From Azolla caroliniana (taxonomy: Eukaryota > Plantae > Polypodiophyta), in contig JBHGNT010000021.1 in the NCBI GenBank assembly GCA_043228905.1, positions 2,356,001 to 2,420,000 on the forward strand: a stretch of 64,000 nt of DNA. The letters are read 5' to 3'. The translations under genes and the position numbers were made by a program. The notes beneath the pieces are model-generated. The model did not search any database. It worked only from the letters and a program-made list of their open reading frames with translations, and was not told the origin of the DNA. Positions 13,466 to 27,549 of the stretch are shown here, one piece after another; positions within the stretch are counted from its first letter, which is position 1; each line of letters starts with the position of its first letter.

Positions 13466-14735
13466 AGTCCCTTTTTAACATTAGAACATACCCTTTCACT
13501 TATGTTTTGTAAATATTAGTGACCTACCCTTCCTTACTTCATGCGTATATAAGAGCTTCCCACACATATACTGTAAGGCTGATTTGGGAATTTAGATCTT
13601 GGTTTTACTTGTTATTTCATAGTGACCCCAAAATATTGTCTAAACATCTATTGACTTGAATGGGTGCTAAATCAATGTCAAACAAGGAATTATTTGTCCA
13701 TGTCATGAGTGCATACAATGTGTCCACATTGTTCCTCTTCTATTGTAAGGAATTTTCTAGAGTTTGAACAATCATGACAATTAGGTTATTTGGATTTATG
13801 GTTCCCACGGACTTGATTGTTGGTCTAGGTGTAGTGATTAGAAGTTCATATGTATCCATCATGGTGGTCATTTTGAACTTCCACAACATGTAGTTCATCT
13901 CACCAAGCTTTCATTGTAACATTATTGGTGACCATAGCTCCCTATAAGGAATCCCACTTGCATTTCCACTTGATGTCATAACCTCCACAAATGTTGTGTT
14001 ACCTGTTGTTGCCTCTGCACTCAATTCCTTTTCCAAAATGTGTCAACGAAGCACAATGGGGAATGTAAGCAGCAAGTATATTATGTTGACAATAATGCAT
14101 GATTACAACGAAGGGTTTTGTAAATGATTTCACTTAGGTGTTATTAACATCATTGCACATTCATTGACTTTGCATGATTGAAGAAGTTAGAAAAATGTCA
14201 CGAATCACATTCTAATGTTATATATTATGATGTTGTAAAGGTTGACAAAGGCTTGTAAACACGAGCACAACCATACATCCTACACTTATCCTAACTCAAG
14301 GCTTAAAAATTATATAAGCCTAATTTGTACCCAAACAACATATTATGTCAAATTATGACATTGTCAACTCTATCTTAAACATTAAGTCTTTATGGTGTGT
14401 AGATTCTTAAAACCTATGGGAACATTGATTACGTCAATTTGGAAATTTTGACTTTCTACTTTACACATACATTTCCATTGTTTTAAATCAATAAAATGAA
14501 CAACTATTTTGCATCTCGAGGTTAACGTTTCTCCAACTTAGACTTTAGAAGAATATATTACAATGGTTAATAACATGGCAAATGTTTATAAAACTATCCA
14601 TTTGATAACTTACTAAATAACAAAGATTCAATACACAACCTTATACTTCTATAAGCAATAAACTCAAATTAGATCAAAGGCTCTTGTATAGTTTCAAGAT
14701 GAATCACTTCAACTTGTAAAGAAACTATATACACC

Positions 14736-17700
14736 TTATAAAGAACTTAAATTCTCAATCATAATCATATCCTTGAGCCTTTGAAGGTTGGGGTCTTCCA
14801 TCTCAACTATGTAACTATCATCATCACTTATTTTCATATCAATATCTCTTTCATATGTTGCATCGCTTTCGACTAAGCTATTAGGAGTTGCTTCAATCTC
14901 GACTAAACCATTTGCATTTGCTTCGATCTCGACTAAGTTATCAATAGTTGCTTCAATCTCGACTACATTATTATTATTATCTTGAATCTCAACTACATCA
15001 TCAACTGCCTCGATCTTGACTACATTGTCATTAATTACTTCAATCTTAACTACATTGTCACTTTCCTCATTCTCATCAAGGCTGCCAACTTTTGCTTTCA
15101 TCAACATGTCCTCAAATGCTGCTTCAAAAAAACAAAAGTTCAATGAAACATGTTACATACTTCATCACAAGATTAAAAGAATCTCAAATTACAAAAGAGA
15201 AAAGGTTATTCTTAGCATTGTATATTTAGTGAACGGCTACCTGGGCCTGTCTTCATATATCAAAAGCATATGCATATACAAATTTGTTGAGATCATGTCA
15301 CCTTTTCTATGTTTCTCGCGTTCTAATGCCTCCTCTTGCTTGATCGCATCTCGCATGGCCTTTTCAGCCTGAAAAATATATTCAATTTTTTATGTAGAAC
15401 GATACTAAAAATGTTGTTATTCTCTTAACAATTTCTTACAACTTTTTCGATTGTTAATATTGAGAACAACCATTGTAAAATAACTCTAATCATATATGGT
15501 TTACAAATGGGCGGATCATGATACCTCCACACCTCCCTGTAGCCAAGCTTCTGCCAACCTCCTTTCTTTAGGGAAAACTGGAGAATCATCAAGGTATTTG
15601 AGCTGTTCAAAGAAGTAATATATCCTTTGATTCTAAAGACATTTTTCCAAAAGTAATGATTCTCTTTTTTACGGAATTATGTTCCAAAACTAAATAGTCA
15701 CAAGACATGGTTAGTCAATGATCTTTTAGTTGAGAAATTAAGACCATGGTCACTCGTAACAATTTAGCTTCATGAAGAATTTTCATTCTAGAGGTTAGGA
15801 AGCAAAATACTCACATTTTCCATGAGTGTAATGGTATTTTTACGGTAATGACGTGTTTTGCTAACTATCGGATTCCCAGTCATTCGCAACAAGTTGAGAG
15901 TTAAACCTCTAATCACCTACACATACCACCAATTCCCTTCACATCTCATATACAAATAACCTTCAGAATAGTAGTATATTTTGACCTTTGTGTTGCACTA
16001 AGTTTATAAACACAAGAAAGTGTTTTCAAATTTTATTAATAGAGAAGGGGCAATAATCACCTTCAAGGCACCTTCCTCATCTAATTTGTTGTTGGAAATA
16101 TCAAGTGACTGCAAACTCTTACATTCCTAAGAAATTAAAAAAATGAAACCATTAGATGGTTGTGAGCACTCTTTCATGAAACTTAAGAGGATTGATATCT
16201 TACAGACAAGTGCGCAACATCCTCCTCTGTACGGATGCGGTTGCCAGACACATTTAAGTTTTTCAAGAAGCAACAAGATGACAAACCTTTGATTTCTTTT
16301 ATCTACAAAATGCATGGATGAAAGTGACTTACATCATTCTCTAAGATTTCGATAATCAATGTAAACTCAGAGATTACATGGTTGTCAGATAAGTTGATTG
16401 TATCCAAACACTTGAGATGATCTAACCCTTTGATGTGCTCAACCAAATTCTGCATGCTTAAACAATATAACAACCATCATTCTTTACATCCTATATAGTT
16501 TGAGGATATAAAAAACTTAAAATCAATTTCCGTGGTAGAGCATTCACCTGATTCAAAAACAAACAAGAAAGCTCCAAACAAGTGTCCAAACCTTCGATTA
16601 CAGAAATGGCTGCAAGGTAAATGCAAAATTGAGACTCTTGGATATGCTAGTTCCATACATCTTGTTTTTTATCCCCAAGCAACTGACACTCTTGATAATT
16701 TGTCAATAATTAATTCAAATTTCCTTTAAAATCTCCGTAAATCTTGACATTCTCTTAGTATGTTCCTTTACAAATAGGTGGATTGGTTATAATTCTCAAG
16801 ATATCGATTGATTTTTTATTCTAGAAATGTTGATACAATATGGCCTTAGCCATGCCACAAAAACAAACATGTATGTGGTATTTAATAGTGTCACCTCACA
16901 TAGAAAATTGTGTAATATGATAAAATACATCACTATCTTTTTTATTCACTAGAGCTTACCATTGCATTCTAAGTGCAACGATCGCAAGCCTGTGTAGGCT
17001 TCTAGATTCTTGATTTGGACAATGCCCTGAAAGCACTTTCCCCTTTATTAGCTTCTATGCATGTTTACATTAAAAAATGATAGGTTATTTTTGTTACATA
17101 ATCAAACTAGTAGTTCTACATAATCACCAATGCTACCTTTTGTTGTAGATATAGAACATCATTTAACTTTGGGCAACTAGAGTACCTACGAAAAAACTAA
17201 TTAAAGATAATCAGTACACCATAAATAATCCAAGCCAAAACAAAACAAAAAAATATGCCTCAAAACCCCTTGCATAATTCCCTCTATAAAAATAATCTCT
17301 CTTGTCCACTCTATACCTCAATGTCTTTCTTTATTTACCCAAATGCCCCTAGGTTTTTGAAGAGTGAACTTGTTCAACCCATGAAAGAGAAATGATAATG
17401 CATATTATGGCATATTGGCGACCAATCTAGAAAATATGTCGGGAAAGGTCCAAAATATCCATGAATCTATCTTTATATCCATTAATATCCCTAACTTTTC
17501 ATTATTTCCTCCCAAATATACCCATGGATAACACACACAAGAGCAATTATATGATTATGTAGTATTATTTATTGATCCCCTCTATATAGAAAGATGGATG
17601 GGAAAGCATCAAAACACATCAAAAGTATTCTTCATTTCTTCAATACCCTCAAGTAATCGTTATGTCTCCAAAATAACTCGTGTTTTCAGTAATTCACAAA

Positions 17701-17830
17701 AGCCCTTGAATAGAGAATCCATGAAAACATGTGGCCATGTGATAGATATTATGGAGAGTAGATTCTCTCTGTCTCTCTCTGTGCCTCCCTACATATATAT
17801 ACATATACATATACATATACATACATACAT

Positions 17831-17884
<54 letters not shown>

Positions 17885-18078
17885 GTATATGTATATATAT
17901 ATGTAAAGGGGTTGATTCATTCATTCTCAACTTTTGAACAACCATGGGGAGACTGTAGTGATAACATATAGTAAGGATAAGAACATACGGAAAATGAAGA
18001 AGAGGAAGAAAATGATGCTTACAGTTTGAGCTCTTTGCAGAGTTTCTTGAGGGATTCTGCATTCATGTCGAAGCCCAT
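14736..18078 (-). CDS. DNAAF1: Dynein axonemal assembly factor 1 (ODA7/LRRC50 homolog), 11 exons, ~367 aa
   Basis: Exons 18078-18023, 17185-17137, 17026-16960, 16609-16548, 16449-16378, 16302-16204, 16126-16061, 15916-15815, 15602-15525, 15368-15302, 15121-14736, all GT-AG and in phase (1104 nt). Protein: [57 protein letters not shown]...[57 protein letters not shown]. This matches DNAAF1 hallmarks (LNDxLYL, NLExYTGLRxLxL, LRR cap YR...LxYLDDRPVFPKDR..AEAW..GG). Confidence 0.93.
14857..15060 (-). repeat. 30-bp coding tandem repeat, ~7 units (xN-L/V-VEIEAx), in the last DNAAF1 exon
   Basis: [68 protein letters not shown]. Confidence 0.9.
17791..17904. repeat. Compound (TA)/(CATA)/(CA) microsatellite in DNAAF1 intron 1
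   Basis: Read directly from the sequence. Confidence 0.95.
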
Positions 18079-20203
18079 ATCTCTGTGATTCTCCAAACAA
18101 ACAACAAAAAGTGGAGCGAAGAAGAAGAGGAGGAAAAGTTGTGCGTTTTTTCACTTCGTTGATCTCTTCTCATTGAAAACGTTAGTTAAGTTAGTTATTC
18201 ATTTCTATTCTCTTGTTTCTCTTATAGGCCATTTTGGCCTCTTAAAAGACGTTAATATATCTTTTTTTCTTTCTTACCCATCCACTTTTCTTTAATTTGG
18301 CTAATTTGCCCCTATCTTGTCCATCCCCAAAAAATTCTTACCTTCGCCTCTTTTAGCAGCACTATGAAACTTACTAAAACGGTTTACCCAAATGCCCATC
18401 TAAGTTGTGATATGTAACTTATTGCATATCGAGTGGCGACCAATTGCAATGAATTATCATCAAAACTCCTTGAAAACACATGTACCATCTCGTTTTCCTT
18501 AATCTCCTATCAAGCCCATATGTTTTGCTTGCATTTTTCCTAATCTAGCATTTTGTTTATTAAATTATCAAAATTCCTCGAATGTGGCCCTTGGTTTTTT
18601 CTTCTTTTGCCATGCCCCTATGTTTTTTAGTTATTTCGTCCTCAGATCTTTGTCATCGGCATTATTATTATTGTCAAGAACTCCTCGAGCATCAAAGTGG
18701 TGGTTTGGCTTCCTTTGCTTCAATTGTCCAATTTCTCTTTGATTTGGCCACCCATAACACCTTCACCCACTTTTCTTCCAAGAACTACTCCTATTACTCC
18801 TCCAAAGTTGATATGAACTTCATACATGTGCAATGAATGTTGTGTCTACTCCATCAAAATTGTGACGTACGTATCATGCCATGTATCCTATCAAGTTCCA
18901 TTTGTTTGATACCCTTTCCACAACCAAATGATTATGAAGGCTCTAAAACCCTAGTTTGATCTCACACCTTGTATTTGTCATGGTGTTTCACCTAGGATTA
19001 TGATTCATGGCAATGGAACTAACAATAATACCAAATTAGTTAGTTTCACTCATCACAAAAACATTCAAAGCATTGATATTCCCACTCTTCTATTTGTCAT
19101 GGATTTTCACCTAGGATTATGACACAAAATCAATGTCATTACCAAATTAGTTTCACCAAAACATACAAAACAATTATCTTCCTTCATCCATATCCCTCAA
19201 TCAACTCCTCTATTACTAAGGAGTTCCTCCTCTAAGCGTCGTTTTACTCCTATGCAAAGGACTCAATAACGAGGAATCCAAAATTGCATGCCTCATGAAA
19301 TTCCCAAATGCTTCCCATTACTAATACCATAAGAATGTAACATGAGAAAGCAAGAAAAACAAAAGATTACATGTCAAAACCCAATCCAAAATCATTGCCA
19401 TGTTTCTACAATTCATCTACTTGTTGAAAATTTTGAACTTTGTAACCATTGTCCCAATTATCAAGGTTAGGGTTTGGGTTCACATATGCTGTAAGCCTGA
19501 TATGTAATCTTTTTGAGGTGATCTCACTGGACTCAAATAAATTATTAGTTAGTGCTTCAGCATTATTTCCGAGGATTCACTCACCTTAAATTGTAGGCTG
19601 ATGTTCCTTACCATAGGTCCACTTATATGTGGACAATGAACTACTTTCATACCTCAAACCTAACCACGAGATTTAACCACATTTATTCCATTGAGTTAAA
19701 ATTTATAAACATCGGTCCACATGTACCAAAATTTTAGATATTTGCATAAATCCACAATCAATTAGTTTGATGTGACTACAAAATATTTGACAGATTTGTA
19801 GGGGTAAACACACTATGTCTAAAACTTACAGTTTACGAAGTATTCATATACATTGGTCTATGATGCACCTTGACTAATACACACCATAAACTTTGATTCT
19901 TTTAAATTACATAATTTCAAGCATTTCCTTGAAACTTTACATTCTTCAAATATAAATTATTGTACAAATGTTATTTATTTTACATGCATAAAAGGACAAT
20001 TTTCCTCTCACTAGATTTTCACTTATAAATGGTAATAGTTGTTGGGTGCAAGGTCCTCTAGATGTATGTGCCACTATTACTCAACACTGGGGATCCTTCA
20101 CAACACAATATCTTTCCTTCACCTTGGAACACATAAGACATCAAGTTCAATTACTCTCTATACAGTAGCCCAAATCTTCGATATAATAATATTACCCATT
20201 ACT

Positions 20204-23200
20204 TTACTCAATCCTTACACTTGTTTTCCAATATTGGTTATTGAGCCAATAAGAATCAGCCATGACTGCGTCTCCATCTTGATTGCGATGCCAATAGAAT
20301 AATGCATGCGTTCGGTTCACGATATCAAAAATACCATGGCCAAAACTAGCCTCTCGAACTGCCGAGTACTCGGGTTGTGGATCAATGTATCTGGACACAT
20401 GATCAAATAAAAAATATATGCATTCACTGACAAATATAAGCCACCAAAAAATGTCATAGAAAGACCTACAATACAAGCTATCGATATATGCATTATTATA
20501 TGTAAGCATTTGCAAGAAAAAGGATATGCATTCACACAAAAATGGCATTGGAAGACATTACAAGCTAGATATGCTACAAATCTATGCATTCACATGCTAC
20601 ACGCTACCAATATATGCATCCACAAAACATGGCATATAAACACACCAGAGAAGGGATCAATCTATGTATTTGCAAAAACATAGTACATTAAGTCACAAAT
20701 GCAAGCTATCCAATATATACAATAACCAAAAAGGTCATAGAAAGATACAAATAAAAAATATATATGGCACAAAATACAACATATTATATGCATCAACCGA
20801 AGGGGAAAAGAAAGATAAACAATACACCATGAGTGGTTCTTACTGCGAAGCAAGTCCTTCTACATTTCCTCCATCTCCAATGACAACATAGACTGGAGCA
20901 TCATCATTCAAAACCGGTAAACAATCACCATTCATCAAATCTGATTTAATGTTTGATACACTGAACTGCAGGATCACACCAAACATAACATTTGTAAGAC
21001 TTCAAAAAGAGAATTCAACCAACATATCCCAAAAGTAGTTAAAAACCTTCAAAAGTTTTAAAGGGTTTCAAAAAGCTCTTCAAAGAGAACATACCGTTCT
21101 TTCAAAGGCATGCACATGTCCTGAAAAAACAATATCCACTTTGTATTCTACAAACCATGCCTCAAAGACATTTCGCATTGCCTCCCCTTCCATATAGTGA
21201 GCTGAATTGCTATTGTAAAATGAGATATGCATTATAATAATGAGCCATGGCGTCTTTGTTCTGTCTACTTTCGGAAGTTCTTCTTTAAGCCAGTTGTACT
21301 GTGGACTATATTTAACTGTCCAACAAAGTTAATCACATGCCAAACATAAAACCGAGAAAGAAAGTAGCATTAAAGTTGAATGAAGGTTTCCTCACCAAAG
21401 GCAGAGTAAGATGATAACACAATGATATATGCTGGGCCACGCTGGATCGAGTACCAAAGTGGAGAAGTGCTTTTTGAAGATGCATAAGGAGTCTTTAACC
21501 GATGTATGAAAGACTTGAAGTCACCATGCTCTCCCTAGAATACAAATATTTGTTTCCATTTTCCAAATGAGAAAATGTTAAATATGCAACCACACAAAAA
21601 AATGAAACAAAAATCGTCCTGACTTGTAAGCTATTCGTTGGGAGTTCAAATCAATCACTATCCCGTGAAAAGAAATGAAGAGAAAATTAAAGATGATAAG
21701 AAATGTTAAGAGAAAAAAGAAGATTTAATGCAAAACTTATAAATATTTCCAAAAAGGAAGGAACCAAAAAAAGTAAAGCCTTTCAGTGTAAACCTAACAA
21801 TGTTAGAAAAAAACAGTGTGGAACTCAAACAAATATGGAAGAAAAAAGACAAACGAAAAGAATAAAGAGTGAAGAGTGAAACTCACAAATGTTAAGGAAT
21901 ACAGACGGCAATAAATAATCATGCAAGTGAAAAACTCATATTTTAGGAAAAAATGGGAAGAAAAAACAAGAAAATGAAGTGCAGAACTCAGAAACATTCA
22001 AGAAAGGAAAAGGGGCAAACTATTGACTTACAAATTTTGGTCCCCATTCCATATCGTGGTTTCCAGCAGCCCATATCCAAGGCTGATATGCAGTGCTACG
22101 TTCAACAAATCGACCCCAGGTATCCCACCTATTATTATCATAAAATGGATACTTGTCTGCATATGCACAATCCCCAACAAATAAAACTGTCTGGCCTTTG
22201 CTTTTCATATAATGTTGTAAGGTACTATTGGAGTCTGCTGTCTGCCCAAGATCTCCTGAAATTGTATTCAATTGAATGATAAAATCAGGTTCAATTACCC
22301 AGAACATTGTTTGCATTGGATTTGGATTTGCAAGATAAATAAAATCCAATTGCCAAAAATATGGGAAACAAAAGTTGATCACCAATAAGTCCAAAAGTGT
22401 AAGGGACATCTGGTCCTGATTCCGGAGGTGTAGTGAATGAAAATTCACGAGACACATTCGCGTCTCCAATCTTGTAGAAATAGGTTGTACTATACTGTGA
22501 ATAATCCATCCAGTACAGGATATTAGAAACATGTTTAAACCAGCTTTCTAGAACACAAAATTTGGAGGAAGTTCAAAATAAGAAAACAAACAAAAATCTC
22601 CATTACTGAATACCTCAAGATCTTGAATAGTGCAATGATGTATAAATCCAGAGGTATAATTATATGCAGAATATTGTATGGCAAGCTCGGCGGTGGCGGC
22701 AAATGAGTAGTTTTCAGCACTCGTGCCATAGTAGACAATTGAAGAGCCAGGATGATCAGGAGTCACCCATGATATGATGATGGACGTCCCATAAAAATCA
22801 CCTTGTGTAATGTGTACCTTTCCAAACAAAACTGCCCAATCAATTTTATTTTATTATGTTATGTGTATACATTATAGGTGTAAAGATAATATCTCACAGT
22901 GTTGGATCATTGTTACAAGTTGGATACACCTACACTAGGAGATCATTGGAGCGGCCTCTTTATCCATGAGTTTTGCATAAGCGGACTGAGGGTGATAACT
23001 TGATATTTCATGTTGGTATCCAGATATAGCATCGTGGTTGGCTACACAGTTTAAGGATAGATATACTACCCTGTTATCAGAACTGTTCAAATGGACTGGC
23101 CTAGTGTCTAAAGAATGGACACGTGCATTATTAAACTAGGCAATAGCACAGGGTTTAACTCAATATTTGGCAGGATAAATGTATCAAGACAGTATACAGA

Positions 23201-26200
23201 GGGAAAAGAAAACCAACTCCCTCACTATTCTACAATTATGTCTTACAGTTAAACTTCTACAGTTTAGGCTCTGGGATGAAAAACACACCAAGAGAACTGC
23301 GGGACAATCAAGTTTCCGACCCAAACCCAACACTATTCCCCATCTTGTTTTTCTGTGGGTAGTAATGGAAGCAAGTCGCCTTAAAGTGAAAAAAATGTGT
23401 TATTGTTTTTAGATTTCAATAAGGCTTTCAATACAATCCCAACAACTTGGGAGTACTACAAACATGCATTTAAATAAACGTGGCTCAGCACCAGCAAGTA
23501 AGAAGAGGACCAAAGACAATTGAGGGCTTCTTTAGAGAGTTCATGGGCACCATGGAGGTGAAACAAGGATGCCCTCTATCACCCACTCTATTCGGTCAAT
23601 GTATCTGTCAATTAGAATAGTTCATTCACGAAGCCATAAGAGAAAATGGAAAACCAGCCAATGGACATTTCACAGTATTGCTTCTGATTTGCACACATGA
23701 TGCCTTACTTTTGGCAAATTCAACGGAGACTGCAAAAGCTATTAAATATGGTACACATAATTTGCGAGCATTGGGATCTGGCAGTCAATGTGGCTATCTG
23801 AAAGTTAGCAGCTGGTAGGGTATGGTGGAAACTCTGCTTTACAATACTGAGGTTTGGTTACAAAGTATTTCAGCAAGCTTGTGGAATGAAAAGAGAATAA
23901 AAAAACTAAGTCCTACACCGTCATTTCGCTTTAGAGAACACAACCCCAGGCTCAGTAATGGATCCAGAAACTGGAAGAATCCCATTAGAGTTTTATGACC
24001 TTCAAAGAGTTTACACATACATATTGAAATTAAGGACAATGATTCGAAAGTTCCTCACCAAGGGTGCAAGAGAAATTTGATTCTTATGAAAAGAAAAACC
24101 ACAAAAGCAATTTTCTTTCATCCAACTAGGTTTAAGACATCCAGAACTTTCAAGATGACATGTTGAAGAATTTCTGGATGTGTGGATGTGAATGTAGAGG
24201 AAAAGATTGGAACAGGAGAACACAAGTCGATGTTTTACTCAGCCATTGAAACTAGCATAAGGAAGCTGCAAAAGGCAGTAAAACTCCTATCGAAATACCA
24301 ATTTTACTTAATTTCCCCACCAGAGAAGTTCTATATAGCAAACAAAAGATCTACTAAGATATTCCCTTGCTATGAACTAATTTCACATCTAGAAGCCTAG
24401 GTTCCTCCTGAACAAAGACTTTGGCACTCTATTGCCCCAAAAATTGGCACCAATTCCAGTATTTCATTTTTTTGACAACTAATTGAAGATAACACAACAA
24501 GACAGAGCCCAAAACCTGGAAACATAGCTAGCTGTTCAAGGTTATTTCAGCACTATAACCCATATATACAGCTTCCTAAGTATTCTCTGCTTAGCTATAA
24601 TTCTTGTGCAGTTTTGCTCTCTAATAGGACTCTTTTTTCTCTCCAAAACTGATTTTCGAGTTTACACCAAAAGAATGGCATTCAGTAAGGCAAGCGTTTC
24701 TGATGCTACCAAGTGACATCTCTTCAAAACTAAAAGTCTTTGCCCTCTCCCTTATCCACACTCATAACTTTTAAGTTAATTTATGTAGGGCCACAATTAA
24801 AGAGGCTTTATTGGACACAACTTAAAAGTTGGATGTACACACATCCAAGTGCATCTGAAACCAATGCTAACTGGACTACTACATGTTGATTTAGGGCCTG
24901 TCAGCTGTGGCATCTCAGGTCTATAGAACACTGTCCATGATATGTCATTTTGCCCTATTACAAAATCATTTTGCAGTAAAAATAATAGAAAATCTTAAAT
25001 AGTGTAACAAAAGCAAGCAACATATCACGTTCAGGTGACATCCACACTGAAGCCCTGTACACGGAATGAAGAGCAGGCCATCATATAGCTAAATTTGATT
25101 ACCAAGGGTAGCAGACTAAGCCCCAAGCTCATAGAAGAGAGTTAGACATATCATTACACTGATGCTATATTTTTTTCGACATATCAGAAACAGAAGAACA
25201 TGTTCCTTTGGAGTGCCTCGCATATGAGGCCATCACCAGGAATTCGCACAAGGTTGTACTAGTTTCTAGAATTCCCAATGAGGAACAAACCATCATCAAA
25301 AACAGTATACATTTTCATTGATCTCAACTTAATCAGAGTACCAAACTCATAGAATATGTCACCAGTGACATTCAGAAACAAACTTGCTTTTTATTTTCAG
25401 GTTTCATTTTTTGTATTCGTATTTTGTTTCTTCTTTTCTTTCTACCATTTTAAAATTCTCCCCTACTAAGCAAAGTGCTTAATAACATTTGATTGGTTCT
25501 ATGGGTCATTTTTGGGCCCCATTGGACATTAATATATCATCATCATCATCATCTTGGATGCACCATCTCTCATCTCAGCTCACTCAAAGACTAGTGAAAC
25601 ATCACACAATACCTCATTCAGCCAGCTAAAGACTAGGAATACATGGATAAAGGGAACAAGAGTTAGAGATGAAGATGATCTTCTATCAAGATTCCACATC
25701 ACAGAGATGACCTTCTTTTTTCTGAAAACTCAATAATGAGGAACTTCTTTGGATTTGGTGGAAGAATTCTATGTGAAGAACTCGGCACTTTTTTAGATTA
25801 TATACAAAATTTGATTATTTGATCATCCGAAACTCTGGTGAGTTTGTTGCTTTATTTCTAAGCAGAATAAATCTTTAGGGCAATGTCTTTTACTGAGTCG
25901 TGGAAGCAATCATTCCTTAAATGGAAAGAGCCAGAAAATCTTGATGAACCAAGATTATTCTTTCTGGGACTATTATCACACAACGTGTACCCAGGGTCCC
26001 AACATCATTGTACTTTGAACACAACCTTGCAGTTAAATCAGGCAACTCTGGAGTATTTTGTTTAGTGATTTATTTACTAGGCATAGTATAAGACTATTTA
26101 TATGGATTTATAAGAGGATTTATCGGGTAACCTTCGGTCTCATTGATCACTTTAGCCTACTTATGATGTTAAGTAACATTTTACTTCTCAACATATGTGT

Positions 26201-26422
26201 GTGTATCATGCCAGAACAAACCTGTTGTGGAGTATTGAAGCCAGGGGGTTCTTGAAAAACGTCTGCATCCAAAGGCATGTCAAAGGAAGCCTCTCGGGGG
26301 CGCACAAACTGGCTAGTAAGACCTCTTCCCTTTCTCTGAGCGCATACCATGTGTGAAGAAAAGACAATTGCCATGATTATCGTCAACATGAGCCACACAA
26401 TTGCTTCTCGACACCGTGCCAT
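20204..26422 (-). CDS. PAP: Purple acid phosphatase (high-molecular-weight, PAP10/12/26-like), 8 coding exons, ~469 aa, with N-terminal signal peptide
   Basis: Exons 26422-26222, 22817-22614, 22494-22383, 22255-22032, 21534-21396, 21315-21095, 20965-20844, 20390-20204 (1410 nt, all GT-AG, in phase). Motifs present: [52 protein letters not shown]. Confidence 0.96.
23380..24430 (+). mobile_element. Decayed LINE RT fragment in PAP intron 1
   Basis: [29 protein letters not shown] and [12 protein letters not shown] remnants with stops. Confidence 0.7.
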
Positions 26423-26472
26423 ACTATGCTTAGTGTGTATCTTTAACAAGATCTTCCTTTGCCACCTTATTT

Positions 26473-27125
26473 CTGCTAATCATTGATTTGCCAATGTAAC
26501 AGTTTACCATCTAACATTTTCTAGTATTGTTCTGATTTGGAAAAACTAAATTTACAATCACATTTATTTGTTTGCTTTCTTTTTCCCAGTGTGCAAATCC
26601 AACAAAACTATATAGATATATGCTTCAAATTAAATCCATTCAATCATCCATCTTCAATACGGAAAAGTTAAGCCTGAACATATGTACGTGCATGCAGCCT
26701 CAACTACATATATACATACATATGTACATCGGTACATAAATGCATACATACACACATATTGATAGAGACAAACATGCGTACATACATTGCCTCTGGCCAA
26801 TGAAAATTAGACTCTCATGTATTCATACATTCTTGCATGCATACACATCTCTATATGCAAATATACACATATATTTATATGCATACATCAACATACACAC
26901 ATGTACAACGAAAAGCCAATCTTTTGTGCTGAGGAGGAATTTTTAACAGATCCCAACTTTCACGCGATCCACAGAGTTGTTGAGAGAACCATCATACAAA
27001 ACATGTAAGCACAAAAGAAAGATATAAAGAAAAGAACACGCAAAGAAGAAGAAGAAGAAGAAAGATCAATAAACATGCAATTAAGTCATGATTGCAGGAA
27101 CGAATTGCAAAGATCGGAAAAGTAC
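26473..27125 (-). other. Putative 5' UTR intron of the PAP gene
   Basis: A CAG|GTACT donor at 27125 lies just downstream of a (TA)n TATA-like tract (27195-27217), and a tagcag acceptor at 26473 lies ~50 nt before the ATG. There is no transcript evidence. Confidence 0.45.
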
Positions 27126-27549
27126 CTGGTGAGTGGGGGGGGTGAAGCCTCGTCTGATCTCTTGTTATCTGCGGGAGGGATGATTCAACCCCTGTATATA
27201 TATATATATATATATATACTATGATTATATCATTCATTACGTTTGTTGCTTTACTCCTCCTCCTCCTCCTCCTACTCCATGGGAGACTAGAAAGAAGGTC
27301 ATGGGTTCAATCCCTAACATTCCACACTTGGTATCTAGTAAAAATTAAGAGGATATATATATATATATATATATGGAGTAATAGAGACGTGAGGTCTCGA
27401 ACCCGAGACGTTAAGCTAATTACTATAGAGCTAGATAGATAGGTAGATAGATTCTATTATCGTCCTCGGAGGTCAAATATGACCTATGAGACCAACAAAT
27501 ATTACACTTCACGTCATACATGCGAAAATGAGTTGCGACTCTCAATGTT

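Noticed and set aside
15425-16315. Short ORFs 15425-15610 and 16127-16315 as separate proteins
   Set aside because: They are off-frame readings overlapping DNAAF1 exons.
17598-18062. His/Thr- and Cys/Val/Tyr-rich ORFs
   Set aside because: Translation of an intronic microsatellite.
18960-19170. ~120-bp imperfect direct duplication; also short triplicated motif at 9136-9222
   Set aside because: Ordinary local duplications in decayed intergenic DNA with no further structure.
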